A stretch of 21,511 nucleotides of DNA from a bacterium (GTDB taxonomy: Bacteria; UBA6262; WVXT01): NCBI GenBank assembly GCA_046759165.1, contig JBHIBS010000025.1:1-21511 (forward strand). The letters are read 5' to 3'. Shown here one piece after another: positions 9,835-17,580 of this stretch. A model generated the notes under the pieces. The model was not told where the DNA came from, did no database searches, and was given only the letters and a program-made list of their open reading frames with translations. Position 1 is the first letter of the stretch. Every line of letters starts with the position of its first letter. A program made the translations under genes and the position numbers.

Positions 9835-10110
9835 CTACGATTTCAGCATTTTCTTCAATCCGAGACTGGATTTAAATAACACCCTCTTGCCAGCAGCGAT
9901 TTGGATGCTCTCCCCAGTCTTTGGATTTCTTCCTGTCCTCGACTTGGTCGACTTCACTCTGAATGTGCCTAAACCAGCAATAACTATTCGGCCTTCGGAT
10001 TTCAAAGAGCCGACAATGTTCTTTACCACAGCCTTTACAGCCCTTCCAGCCGCAGCCTTCTTAATCTTTGCTGCTTGTGCCACTTTCTCTATTAGCTGAA
10101 CTTGATTCAA
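9835..10110 (-). CDS. hup: HU family DNA-binding protein
   Basis: 91 aa, basic; GLGTF, RTGRNPKTGE; TTG start with GGAGGTG upstream. Confidence 0.92.
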   Translation of the reverse strand: MNQVQLIEKVAQAAKIKKAAAGRAVKAVVKNIVGSLKSEGRIVIAGLGTFRVKSTKSRTGRNPKTGESIQIAAGKRVLFKSSLGLKKMLKS

Positions 10111-10278
10111 CCTTACTCACCTCCTCTCTACTGGTTCCGCCACTGTCGCGCTCGCCCCAATTACTTTCTTCATCACCCGTACATCTGGGTACTCTTTAGA
10201 GTACCAACTCACAAATAGCGCATATAACTGCAGTGGTACGGATTAATCAATACTTATCTATATTAGATTAGCTTGTTT

Positions 10279-10307
10279 TTTATATCATATTTTATATGGC
10301 CTGTCAA
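10279..10307 (-). promoter_or_regulatory. Sigma70-type promoter upstream of hup
   Basis: On - strand TTGACA (10307-10302), 17 nt spacer, then TATAAA (10284-10279) with extended -10 TG. Confidence 0.65.
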
Positions 10308-10351
10308 GAATATTATCCAGAGCCTTAATTAATGGGAAGAGATAAGCTGAC

Positions 10352-10987
10352 CTACTTCGCATATTCCAAAACTAAAACTGTCTGTTCAGAAGGCATGGAT
10401 TCCTTGTTTCCACGCCATTCCCTTGCCTTTTCTACTTTTGTAAAGCCTTTCAAGAATTCCTCACACGAATCGACACCAATACTACAACATTCTGTCTTAT
10501 AATGCATGGGAATAATCAATCTGGGATTCAATTGCTTTGAAACTTTTCGCGCCTCCCGACCATCTATGGTGAAAGTGCCTCCCACGGGGATAAACAGAAC
10601 ATCCACTTCTCCTATCTCTTCCTGTTGATCACTACTCAAGAAGTGCCCTAGGTCTCCCAGATGGCAGACCCTTACCCCATCAACAGCAAAAACGAAAATA
10701 GTGTTGGTTCCTCGCTTAGCCCCTCCGCTTTTATCGTGGAAACTTTTGATGCCTTTAAAGATTGTCCCCTTAATCTTCTTCTCTCCAACATCCTTCACCA
10801 CCTCAGGATTACCCTGAAGCAAGTCCACCGCATTATGGTCAAAATGGCTATGACTCACAGTAACCAGATCAGGCTTTTCCTTAGGAATCCTGTATCCTAC
10901 AGACTCATCAAAAGGATCGGTAATGACTTTTGTTCCATCCTCTGCTTCTAACAAAAAGCAGGCATGTCCGAACCATTTAATTTTCAT
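10352..10987 (-). CDS. Metallo-beta-lactamase-fold hydrolase (Lactamase_B_3-like)
   Basis: MKIKWFGHACF, VITDP, SHSHFDH, HLGDLGH, IPVGG, IIPMHY. ATG 10987 has a GGAGGGG RBS; an upstream in-frame extension is interrupted by TGA (see findings). Confidence 0.88.
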   Translation of the reverse strand: MKIKWFGHACFLLEAEDGTKVITDPFDESVGYRIPKEKPDLVTVSHSHFDHNAVDLLQGNPEVVKDVGEKKIKGTIFKGIKSFHDKSGGAKRGTNTIFVFAVDGVRVCHLGDLGHFLSSDQQEEIGEVDVLFIPVGGTFTIDGREARKVSKQLNPRLIIPMHYKTECCSIGVDSCEEFLKGFTKVEKAREWRGNKESMPSEQTVLVLEYAK

Positions 10988-11028
10988 GTTCCCCTCCCTT
11001 TTCTTCAGCAATTTTGCCACTCGAGTAC

Positions 11029-11048
11029 CGTTAGAACAACTTCTAACG
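11029..11048. repeat. Isolated family C palindrome
   Basis: CGTTAGAA-CAAC-TTCTAACG, perfect 8-bp arms, same core as 9663-9811. Confidence 0.7.
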
Positions 11049-11155
11049 ACACGACCGAAACCAAATCAAATGAGCACCACACCCAGTACCAAAAGCAAAA
11101 TTTTTCTTCTCATGTTGCACCTCAGCCCATTCCAAAATACGCACTTATTCTTCAC

Positions 11156-11334
11156 TAAGAGATAGTTTTTGAAGAGGTCTTCGGATTTTAGCCAAAAAAC
11201 GAGGGCGGTTTATCTTCTTTTAAGCAAAAATTTGTTCGACTCCTGCTTTGCAAGGGAGTCCATTTTTGCGGCCTGCAAAGTCCGAAGTTTTTTCGCGTCA
11301 AAAAATTCCTCAGCAATGAACAAATTACCTCTTA
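11156..11334 (+). mobile_element. ~180-bp MITE/REPIN-like structured element, family A, copy 1 (more degenerate)
   Basis: Ends TAAGAGATAGTTT / AAATTACCTCTTA (11/13 inverted); colinear with 15281-15460 (shared GCCAAAAAACGAGGGCG, AAGCAAA, CCGAAGTTTTTT, AAAAAATTCCTCA). Confidence 0.7.
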
Positions 11335-11336
11335 AC

Positions 11337-12974
11337 TCACATCCTCTCGGGAGCGGAAATCCCAAGTAGACCTAATCCATTACTTATGACTAATTGAATC
11401 GCTCGAACGAGCTTCAAGCGGAACTTGGTAGCGCTTGTATCACCACTTAAGATTCTATATCTATCGTAGTAATGGTGGAAACATTTAGCCAGGTCTTGTA
11501 AATATCCGGTCAGATGGTGGGGTTCATACCCTTCAGCACATTTCTTGACAATTTCTGGATACTGGGATAACTTCTTTATGATCTCAATCGACTCTTTTTT
11601 CTCTTCTTCAGTCCTCTCAATGAGAGAGATCTTTTTATATTCTTTTTTCCTCCTTTCCCGGAAGATACTACAGATCCGTGCATGCGCATACTGAACATAA
11701 TATACAGGATTCTCAGCAGACTCCTTTTTGGCTAATTCCAGATCAAAATCCAAGCGACTGTCGGCTCCGCGCATCAAAAAGAAGAACCTCGATGCATCCT
11801 TCCCCACCTCTTCCATAACTTGTCTCAAGGTTACAAACTCACCTCCCCTCGTCGACATTGAAACCTGCCGCCCACCACGCATCAGAGTTACTAATTGATA
11901 AAGGATTATTTTCATGTTTTCTACTGGAATTCCCAGAGCAGCTACTGACGCCCTTATTCTATCGACATAGCCATGATGGTCAGCACCCCAGATATTTATA
12001 ACTTTCTTAAAACCTCTCCTGAATTTATCGTAATGGTAAGCAATATCAGAAGTAAAGTAAGTAGGTTTCTTATTCTCCCTGATTACTGCCCGGTCTTTTT
12101 CATCACCAAATTGAGAAGATTTAAACCACTGTGCACCATTCTTCTCATAAATTAAGTCTTTGCTTTTCAATGAATCGACAATCTCCTCAACTTTATTCTT
12201 TCTATAAAGCGTACTTTCAAAAAACCATTTATCAAATTTAACCTCAAAGTCTTCCAGATCTTTCCTTATCCAACTGAGTATTTTCTGAATGGCGTACTCC
12301 CTACAATCGAATGACTTCTTCTTACCAAATCTGGACTCGAGTTCTTCTGCTATCTCCCTCACATAAGGTCCTCGATACCCATCTTCCGGAAGCGAAACAT
12401 TCTCTCCACGTAACTCTTTTTGTCTTATCTTTATCGACTCTTCCAGGAGATCTATCTGATTGCCAATATCGTTAACATAATACTCTTTTACTACCCGATA
12501 TCCTACCTCTGTTAAGATATTTGCAAGAGAATCACCAATGGCTGCACATCTGCCGTGTCCAACATGCAACGGTCCGGTAGGATTTGCTGAGACAAATTCG
12601 ATCAGGACTTTCGCTCCCCTGGCAATATTGGCTTTCCCGTAATTTTTTCCCTCTCTGCAAATCGCATCCAGCTCCTTGTACCACCGTTTCCCTGATATGT
12701 ATATATTAATGAAGCCGGGCTTTGCCACTTCTATTCGATCTATTGTTTCAGGCTCGAGGTTCTGAAGAGCCCTGGAGATAACCCCGGCAACCTCTACACA
12801 GGGCTTTTTTGTTCTCGACCCTCCTATCAAGGCAACGTTAGTAGCAAAGTCTCCACCGATCTCTTCAGGCGCAAATTCTAAACTATAATCGGGAATCTCC
12901 AGGCGCAATTCCCTCAGCACTTCATCGATTCCCCTTCTAAGTTCACCTTTAACTCTCAATCTATCATTCCTCAA
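11337..12974 (-). CDS. argS: Arginine--tRNA ligase
   Basis: GDFATNVA, PGFIN, EFVSANPTGPLHVGHGR, YYVNDIGNQ, WGADHHGY, MSTRGG, NPVYYVQYAHARICSI, C-terminal APERM; TTG start uncertain. Confidence 0.97.
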   Translation of the reverse strand: MRNDRLRVKGELRRGIDEVLRELRLEIPDYSLEFAPEEIGGDFATNVALIGGSRTKKPCVEVAGVISRALQNLEPETIDRIEVAKPGFINIYISGKRWYKELDAICREGKNYGKANIARGAKVLIEFVSANPTGPLHVGHGRCAAIGDSLANILTEVGYRVVKEYYVNDIGNQIDLLEESIKIRQKELRGENVSLPEDGYRGPYVREIAEELESRFGKKKSFDCREYAIQKILSWIRKDLEDFEVKFDKWFFESTLYRKNKVEEIVDSLKSKDLIYEKNGAQWFKSSQFGDEKDRAVIRENKKPTYFTSDIAYHYDKFRRGFKKVINIWGADHHGYVDRIRASVAALGIPVENMKIILYQLVTLMRGGRQVSMSTRGGEFVTLRQVMEEVGKDASRFFFLMRGADSRLDFDLELAKKESAENPVYYVQYAHARICSIFRERRKKEYKKISLIERTEEEKKESIEIIKKLSQYPEIVKKCAEGYEPHHLTGYLQDLAKCFHHYYDRYRILSGDTSATKFRLKLVRAIQLVISNGLGLLGISAPERM

Positions 12975-12979
12975 AATTC

Positions 12980-13396
12980 TTACAATCTATTTGACATCTT
13001 GGGTTTCTTCCTCTTTACCTGTTGGAATTTTGCCTTTCTCCCTTCCGCCCAGAGCTTCTCCAGCCCATAGAACTTCCTTATCGGCTCGTAAAACACGTGC
13101 ACAATTACTCCCACATAGTCTATAAGTACCCACTGTGCCTGTTTTTCTCCCTCTATATGGAGTGGCTGAATCCTTTTACCTTTCAATTTTGAAACTATTG
13201 ACTCAGCAATGGTCCCCACGTGTATATTAGACCTACCGCTACAAATGACGAAATAATCTGTAATTGATGTCAATTTACGGACATCCAATATTAAGATCTC
13301 TTTTGCCTTCTTCGCCAAGGCAAGAGCCGCACATTGCTTTGCTAAATTTCTGAAATTCATCCTTATGTGAATCAGCCTGTGTCCTCCAAGCTTCAT
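12980..13396 (-). CDS. rsfS: Ribosome silencing factor (Iojap/RsfS)
   Basis: KKAKEILILDV, DYFVICSG, WVLIDY, VHVF, RKFYGLEKLW; ATGA overlap with the LCP stop; true start may be the later Met (MNFRN). Confidence 0.93.
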   Translation of the reverse strand: MKLGGHRLIHIRMNFRNLAKQCAALALAKKAKEILILDVRKLTSITDYFVICSGRSNIHVGTIAESIVSKLKGKRIQPLHIEGEKQAQWVLIDYVGVIVHVFYEPIRKFYGLEKLWAEGRKAKFQQVKRKKPKMSNRL

Positions 13397-14619
13397 TCAG
13401 GCTCGGTGAATCCCATAAAGTCATTACCGAGAACAATTGAGAGATCGACAAATCGGGTCTTGTCAATCTCAGTTTTTACCACACTCGAACCAACTATTTT
13501 TGCTACTTTATGGGCCAATTCAATATCACCAACACGATCTATAACTGTAGTATATTTCTTATGAATTCCGAAATTTCCCCAGCGAACAGCATCGATTCCA
13601 TATTGCCTCAATCTGCGCTGGACATTATAAGCTAAATCTTTTCTATTAGTGGCATTCCATACTTCCACCTTTACTATTCGATCGAGTTTCTCCCCAGAAT
13701 AGACCGGCCGACGAGCTTCCCGACGAACTCTATAGCTATTCATAATTACCTGAACAACCTCCTCAGCCATTTTCTCGTCCAAGACCCAATAGTCTACCCC
13801 CCGGATGTATTCCGATTTCCCAGGCAAACTCTGAACTCTCAAATTTCTACGGTCGAAACTTCTAAGCTCATTCCCCAGGCCTAAAAAATCCCAGAAGTTA
13901 AGATTTGTCCAGATACTGCCTCTTACATCTCGATAAATTTGGGGGAATTTCAATAGAATTTTTGCATCTGTTAGCTTTCCAGTAAGGAGTTTAAGGACTC
14001 TCTGTTGCCTCTCAATTTTCCCTCTATCGCCGAGTAGCTTATCCCGAAATCGGACATACTTTAACACTTCACTGCCATTTAATCTTTTCTCTCCCACTGT
14101 AAAGTGAATATGGAAGTCTCCCGCGTCATCATCGTAATCCATTGATTCGTCGATATTAACCGTTATGCCCCCAATAGTATCAACTATTTTAGCTACTCCC
14201 TGATAATTAATCCGCAAATAGAACGGTATTTCCATTTCCAAAACATCCCCAATTGTCTTCTTTGAAGAAAGGCATGCCTCACGAATGGTCTTACTCTTCT
14301 TATACACCATGGCATAAATTTCACTTATCTTTCTGTACCCGCGCCAGGAGAGCTCTTTTGAACAGGGGACTTTAGTGTCACCGGGAATTGATAGGACATC
14401 CAGGAATCTTGTTCTGGGTTCATAGCTTAACAGCATTATTCCGTCAGGATGTTTGGCAAACTTCAACTCATCGCATCCCAGAATTAGTATATTGATTCGC
14501 TTCCGCTGTCTGATAAATTGAAAGACCTTACTGGTAGAAGAAAAGAAGATAAATATAGATATTGAAATTAATATGAGAGCTAAAATTAGTTTATCTATTG
14601 GAATTCTTAGCTTTTCCAT
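13393..14619 (-). CDS. LCP (LytR-CpsA-Psr) family protein with C-terminal LytR_C domain
   Basis: N-terminal TM helix, INILILGCD, LSIPGDT, IVDTIGGITV, YVRFR, ERQQ, C-terminal VEVWNAT...LA...IVLGND; the nadD-LCP-rsfS neighbourhood is typical. Confidence 0.88.
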   Translation of the reverse strand: MEKLRIPIDKLILALILISISIFIFFSSTSKVFQFIRQRKRINILILGCDELKFAKHPDGIMLLSYEPRTRFLDVLSIPGDTKVPCSKELSWRGYRKISEIYAMVYKKSKTIREACLSSKKTIGDVLEMEIPFYLRINYQGVAKIVDTIGGITVNIDESMDYDDDAGDFHIHFTVGEKRLNGSEVLKYVRFRDKLLGDRGKIERQQRVLKLLTGKLTDAKILLKFPQIYRDVRGSIWTNLNFWDFLGLGNELRSFDRRNLRVQSLPGKSEYIRGVDYWVLDEKMAEEVVQVIMNSYRVRREARRPVYSGEKLDRIVKVEVWNATNRKDLAYNVQRRLRQYGIDAVRWGNFGIHKKYTTVIDRVGDIELAHKVAKIVGSSVVKTEIDKTRFVDLSIVLGNDFMGFTEPE

Positions 14620-14622
14620 CTT

Positions 14623-15213
14623 TTAAGAGTATAGTTTCTTCCTGCGGATATACTTTTCCACGCATTGGGGCAGCAAATATATAATTGGCTTACCAGCTTT
14701 TATCCTGTTTCGAATGTCCGAAGCGGAAATCTCTAAGCCAGGGACTTGTAGCATTATAACTTTAGAAGCTATTTTTTTATCCAACTTTCCTAACTCATAA
14801 CCCGGCCTCGTAACTACCACAAATTTGCACAGTCCTATCAACTTCCTCGGTTCTTTCCAGGTAGAAATTTTCAACATTTCGTCTAACCCAACAATGAAAT
14901 AGATTTTACCTCTCTTGCCATAAATCTTTATAAATTCTCTTATTGTTTCCAGAGTAAAAGTGGGACCATCTACAATCTTGCTCTTTTCTATCTCTATTGG
15001 AGAGACTTCGAATGAAGAATTCCCCTTTATCGCCAGACAGGCCATCTCATACCGTTCATCAGGAGTCGCTCCTTTAACCTTTTTATGTGGCGCCTTTCCT
15101 GCCGGAACAAAGATAACCTTATCTAATTTAAGTCTATCCTTAACCTCACTGGCGAGAACCAAGTGCCCATAGTGGACTGGATTGAACGTCCCTCCCAGAA
15201 TCCCAATTCGCAT
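14623..15213 (-). CDS. nadD: Nicotinate-nucleotide adenylyltransferase
   Basis: GILGGTFNPVHYGH, PHKK, FIVGLD, ISASDIR; strong GGAGG RBS. Confidence 0.96.
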   Translation of the reverse strand: MRIGILGGTFNPVHYGHLVLASEVKDRLKLDKVIFVPAGKAPHKKVKGATPDERYEMACLAIKGNSSFEVSPIEIEKSKIVDGPTFTLETIREFIKIYGKRGKIYFIVGLDEMLKISTWKEPRKLIGLCKFVVVTRPGYELGKLDKKIASKVIMLQVPGLEISASDIRNRIKAGKPIIYLLPQCVEKYIRRKKLYS

Positions 15214-15280
15214 TCCTCCTCCTTTATTTTTTGAACATACACTATTTATCCTGCAGATTTTCTACCGCTACTACTGACAT

Positions 15281-15460
15281 TTAAAAGATAGTTTATGAGG
15301 AGCCCTCGGAATTTTTGGCCAAAAAACGAGGGCGACTCTTTCTCTTTCAAGCAAATCATTGTTTGACGAGCGAAGCGAGGAGTTTTGATTTGTGCCTTAC
15401 AGAGCCCGAAGTTTTTTGGTGTTAAAAAATTCCTCAAGCGACGAATAAACTATCTTTTAA
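15281..15460 (+). mobile_element. 180-bp MITE/REPIN-like structured element, family A, copy 2
   Basis: Perfect 16-bp terminal inverted repeat TTAAAAGATAGTTTAT (15281-15296) / ATAAACTATCTTTTAA (15445-15460); internal stems GGAATTTTT/AAAAATTCC, CCAAAAAAC/GTTTTTTGG, GGGC/GCCC, GCAAATCA/TGATTTGT; apical GCGAAGC. Confidence 0.78.
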
Positions 15461-15466
15461 TTTAAT

Positions 15467-16723
15467 CTATTCTCTTATCTGTCCATTTCCGAATATTAGA
15501 AACTTCACACTTGTCAACTCCCTCACTCCCATTGGACCCCGGGCATGAAGCTTTTGCGTGGAGATGCCAATCTCAGCTCCCATCCCGAACACTCCACCAT
15601 CAGTAAACCTGGTAGAGGCATTCCAGAAAACTGAAGAGGCGTCGACTTCCTTTAGAAATCTTTGAGCAGCATCTTCATCCCTGGTTACAATTGCCTCGGA
15701 ATGCATCGACCCATACCTATTGATATGGTCTATGGCTTCCGAGAGGGAGTCAACGACTTTGACTGAGAGAATCAGATCCAGATATTCAGTACTCCAATCG
15801 TCTTCACTGGCATTCTTAATATGCGGAAGGATACTTTTCGCCTTCTCATCCCCGCGAATTTCCACCTTCACTTGCTCAAGTTTCTTAATCATCCGGGGTA
15901 AGAATTCACCTGCAATATCATTATGGACTAAAAGGGTTTCCATAGCATTACACACACCCGGCCTCTGCACCTTAGCATTAAAACATATCGTTTCTGCCAT
16001 TTCCAGATCAGCGTCCCTATCTACATAAGTATGGCAGACTCCTTTACCATGACTAATCACTGGAACGGCAGAGTTCGCTTTTATATTCTTTATCATCTCC
16101 TCACCGCCTCGAGGAATTACCACATCGATAAATTCATCCAGCTTTATGAGCTGGAACACCGCTTTTCTCTCCGTAGTCTCCACCAACTGGATCGCACCCT
16201 GAGGAATTCCAGATGAATAAGCAGCCTGTTGTAAGACCTTTGCGATAATTGTATTAGAGTTTATTGCCTCCGAACCCCCACGCAAGATAACCGCATTACC
16301 TGCCTTAAGGCATAGCCCTGCTGCATCAGAGGTTACATTGGGACGCGATTCATAGATTATAGCTATAACACCCAGAGGTACCTTTATTTTTTTAATTCTC
16401 AAACCATTGGGCCTTATCTTCTCTTCAATAACTTCACCAACCGGATCGGGCAGTTCGGCTATTTCCCCCAAACCTTTAGCCATGTTCTTAATTCTCTTAT
16501 CATTTAAAGTTAGCCTATCAATCAATGCAGGATTAAGACTTGCCTCTTTAGCTTCTTTTAAGTCGATCCTATTCTTGGACTTGATATCTTCAGCGCTATC
16601 CTCGATCGCCTCAGCCATCGCAAGGAGTGCTCTATTCTTCAATCGGGAACTTAGATTGGCCATTGCACTCGATGCTGACTTTGCACTTCTTGCCATCTTT
16701 TCGATTTCTTTCATAGCCTCCAT
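15467..16723 (-). CDS. proA: Gamma-glutamyl phosphate reductase
   Basis: PLGVIAIIYESRPNVT, GNAVILRGGSEA, IPRGG, RPGVCNAMETLL, NASTRFTDG, EIGISTQKLHARGPMG. Confidence 0.97.
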   Translation of the reverse strand: MEAMKEIEKMARSAKSASSAMANLSSRLKNRALLAMAEAIEDSAEDIKSKNRIDLKEAKEASLNPALIDRLTLNDKRIKNMAKGLGEIAELPDPVGEVIEEKIRPNGLRIKKIKVPLGVIAIIYESRPNVTSDAAGLCLKAGNAVILRGGSEAINSNTIIAKVLQQAAYSSGIPQGAIQLVETTERKAVFQLIKLDEFIDVVIPRGGEEMIKNIKANSAVPVISHGKGVCHTYVDRDADLEMAETICFNAKVQRPGVCNAMETLLVHNDIAGEFLPRMIKKLEQVKVEIRGDEKAKSILPHIKNASEDDWSTEYLDLILSVKVVDSLSEAIDHINRYGSMHSEAIVTRDEDAAQRFLKEVDASSVFWNASTRFTDGGVFGMGAEIGISTQKLHARGPMGVRELTSVKFLIFGNGQIRE

Positions 16724-16773
16724 AACTTTTTCCCCTCATGAAATACTTTCAGATATAGAATAATACGAGGTTT

Positions 16774-16802
16774 ATTCTAACATAATTCGCCAGCTAATGC
16801 AA
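16774..16802 (-). promoter_or_regulatory. Candidate sigma70 promoter for proA
   Basis: - strand TTGCAT (16802-16797), 17 nt spacer, TAGAAT (16779-16774) with extended -10 TG; overlapped by the inverted repeat TAGAATAA-N8-TTATTCTA (16756-16779). Confidence 0.45.
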
Positions 16803-16835
16803 TAGGGAAAGAGTATTCCTCGGTGGGATTTTCAA

Positions 16836-17462
16836 CTAATGGATCCTAGCTAACCGCTCGTAAAGGCCATTTTTAAGGAGGGAGATACGCCGGATAATGA
16901 CGGGGACTCCCAAGTATAGTGGAAGGCTAACTAAATAGACAGGCTCACCAAAATGCCATGCCAAAAAAGGACAGATCACATAGATAACCAGACAGCTACT
17001 CTCTATAGCTGGTGCTCTCCGATACCAGGCAGGAAAATATAAACAGGTCCGAGCCACTGCTATCCCCACCAAAGAGAGAAGAATGGCCTCTCGAGGCATA
17101 AGAGGAAGAATCACTCCTGTCAGAGTTGCCAAGCCAGAACCCCCACGAAATTGGAGAAAAATTGGCCAATTGTGTCCAGAAATTGCTGCCAGAGCTGTAA
17201 GAGTAATGGTATGGGGGGGCATTTTGAGAGCCTTGGCAAAAATTATGGGAACTACGCCCTTAAGTACATCGAAAATAGCTACTACGACCCCGAAGGAAGC
17301 TCCGACCATTAGCATCACATTCCTAGCTCCAGCATTACCCGAACCTAATTGTCGTATATCGGCTCCATTCTTCCACTTTGTAACATAGTATGCTGAAGAA
17401 ACCGAGCCCAAAAGATATGCGCCAATTATTAAACCAATTTGTCTTAATATTCCTGTCTCCAT
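16836..17462 (-). CDS. plsY: PlsY-family membrane acyltransferase (divergent)
   Basis: AYLLGS, DIRQLGSGNAGARN, DVLKG, GHNWPIFLQFRGG; multiple TM segments; motifs 2 and 3 atypical. Confidence 0.8.
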   Translation of the reverse strand: METGILRQIGLIIGAYLLGSVSSAYYVTKWKNGADIRQLGSGNAGARNVMLMVGASFGVVVAIFDVLKGVVPIIFAKALKMPPHTITLTALAAISGHNWPIFLQFRGGSGLATLTGVILPLMPREAILLSLVGIAVARTCLYFPAWYRRAPAIESSCLVIYVICPFLAWHFGEPVYLVSLPLYLGVPVIIRRISLLKNGLYERLARIH

Positions 17463-17470
17463 GGCTGTTA

Positions 17471-17499
17471 ATTTTATAAAATATCTTTTTTTCTGTCAA
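17471..17499 (-). promoter_or_regulatory. Sigma70 promoter for the plsY-like gene
   Basis: - strand TTGACA (17499-17494), 17 nt spacer, TAAAAT (17476-17471); only 8 nt separate it from the ATG. Confidence 0.65.
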
Positions 17500-17525
17500 G
17501 CATTTTTGAAGGATAGTTTTTTGCC

Positions 17526-17554
17526 TTGACCGATGTATAGCGTTTTGATATACT
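17526..17554 (+). promoter_or_regulatory. Sigma70 promoter for the lipid kinase-CPBP-SDR operon
   Basis: TTGACC (17526-17531), 17 nt spacer, TATACT (17549-17554) with extended -10 TG; divergent from the plsY promoter. Confidence 0.6.
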
Positions 17555-17580
17555 TACTTAAAGTAAGGGGATTCGATACT

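Noticed and set aside
11066-11068. Genome-wide TGA recoding or selenocysteine
   Set aside because: TGA terminates thrC and argS (canonical APERM end); the context is a hydrophobic segment rather than a redox motif.
11169-11369. 66-aa ORF
   Set aside because: Lies within repeat family A copy 1; no equivalent ORF on the same strand in copy 2.
15246-15437. 63-aa ORF
   Set aside because: Lies within repeat family A copy 2; not conserved in copy 1 and no transposase motifs.
17533-17580. N-terminal extension of the lipid kinase in the ORF track
   Set aside because: Overlaps the predicted promoter; family members begin near the MKLIVNP motif.
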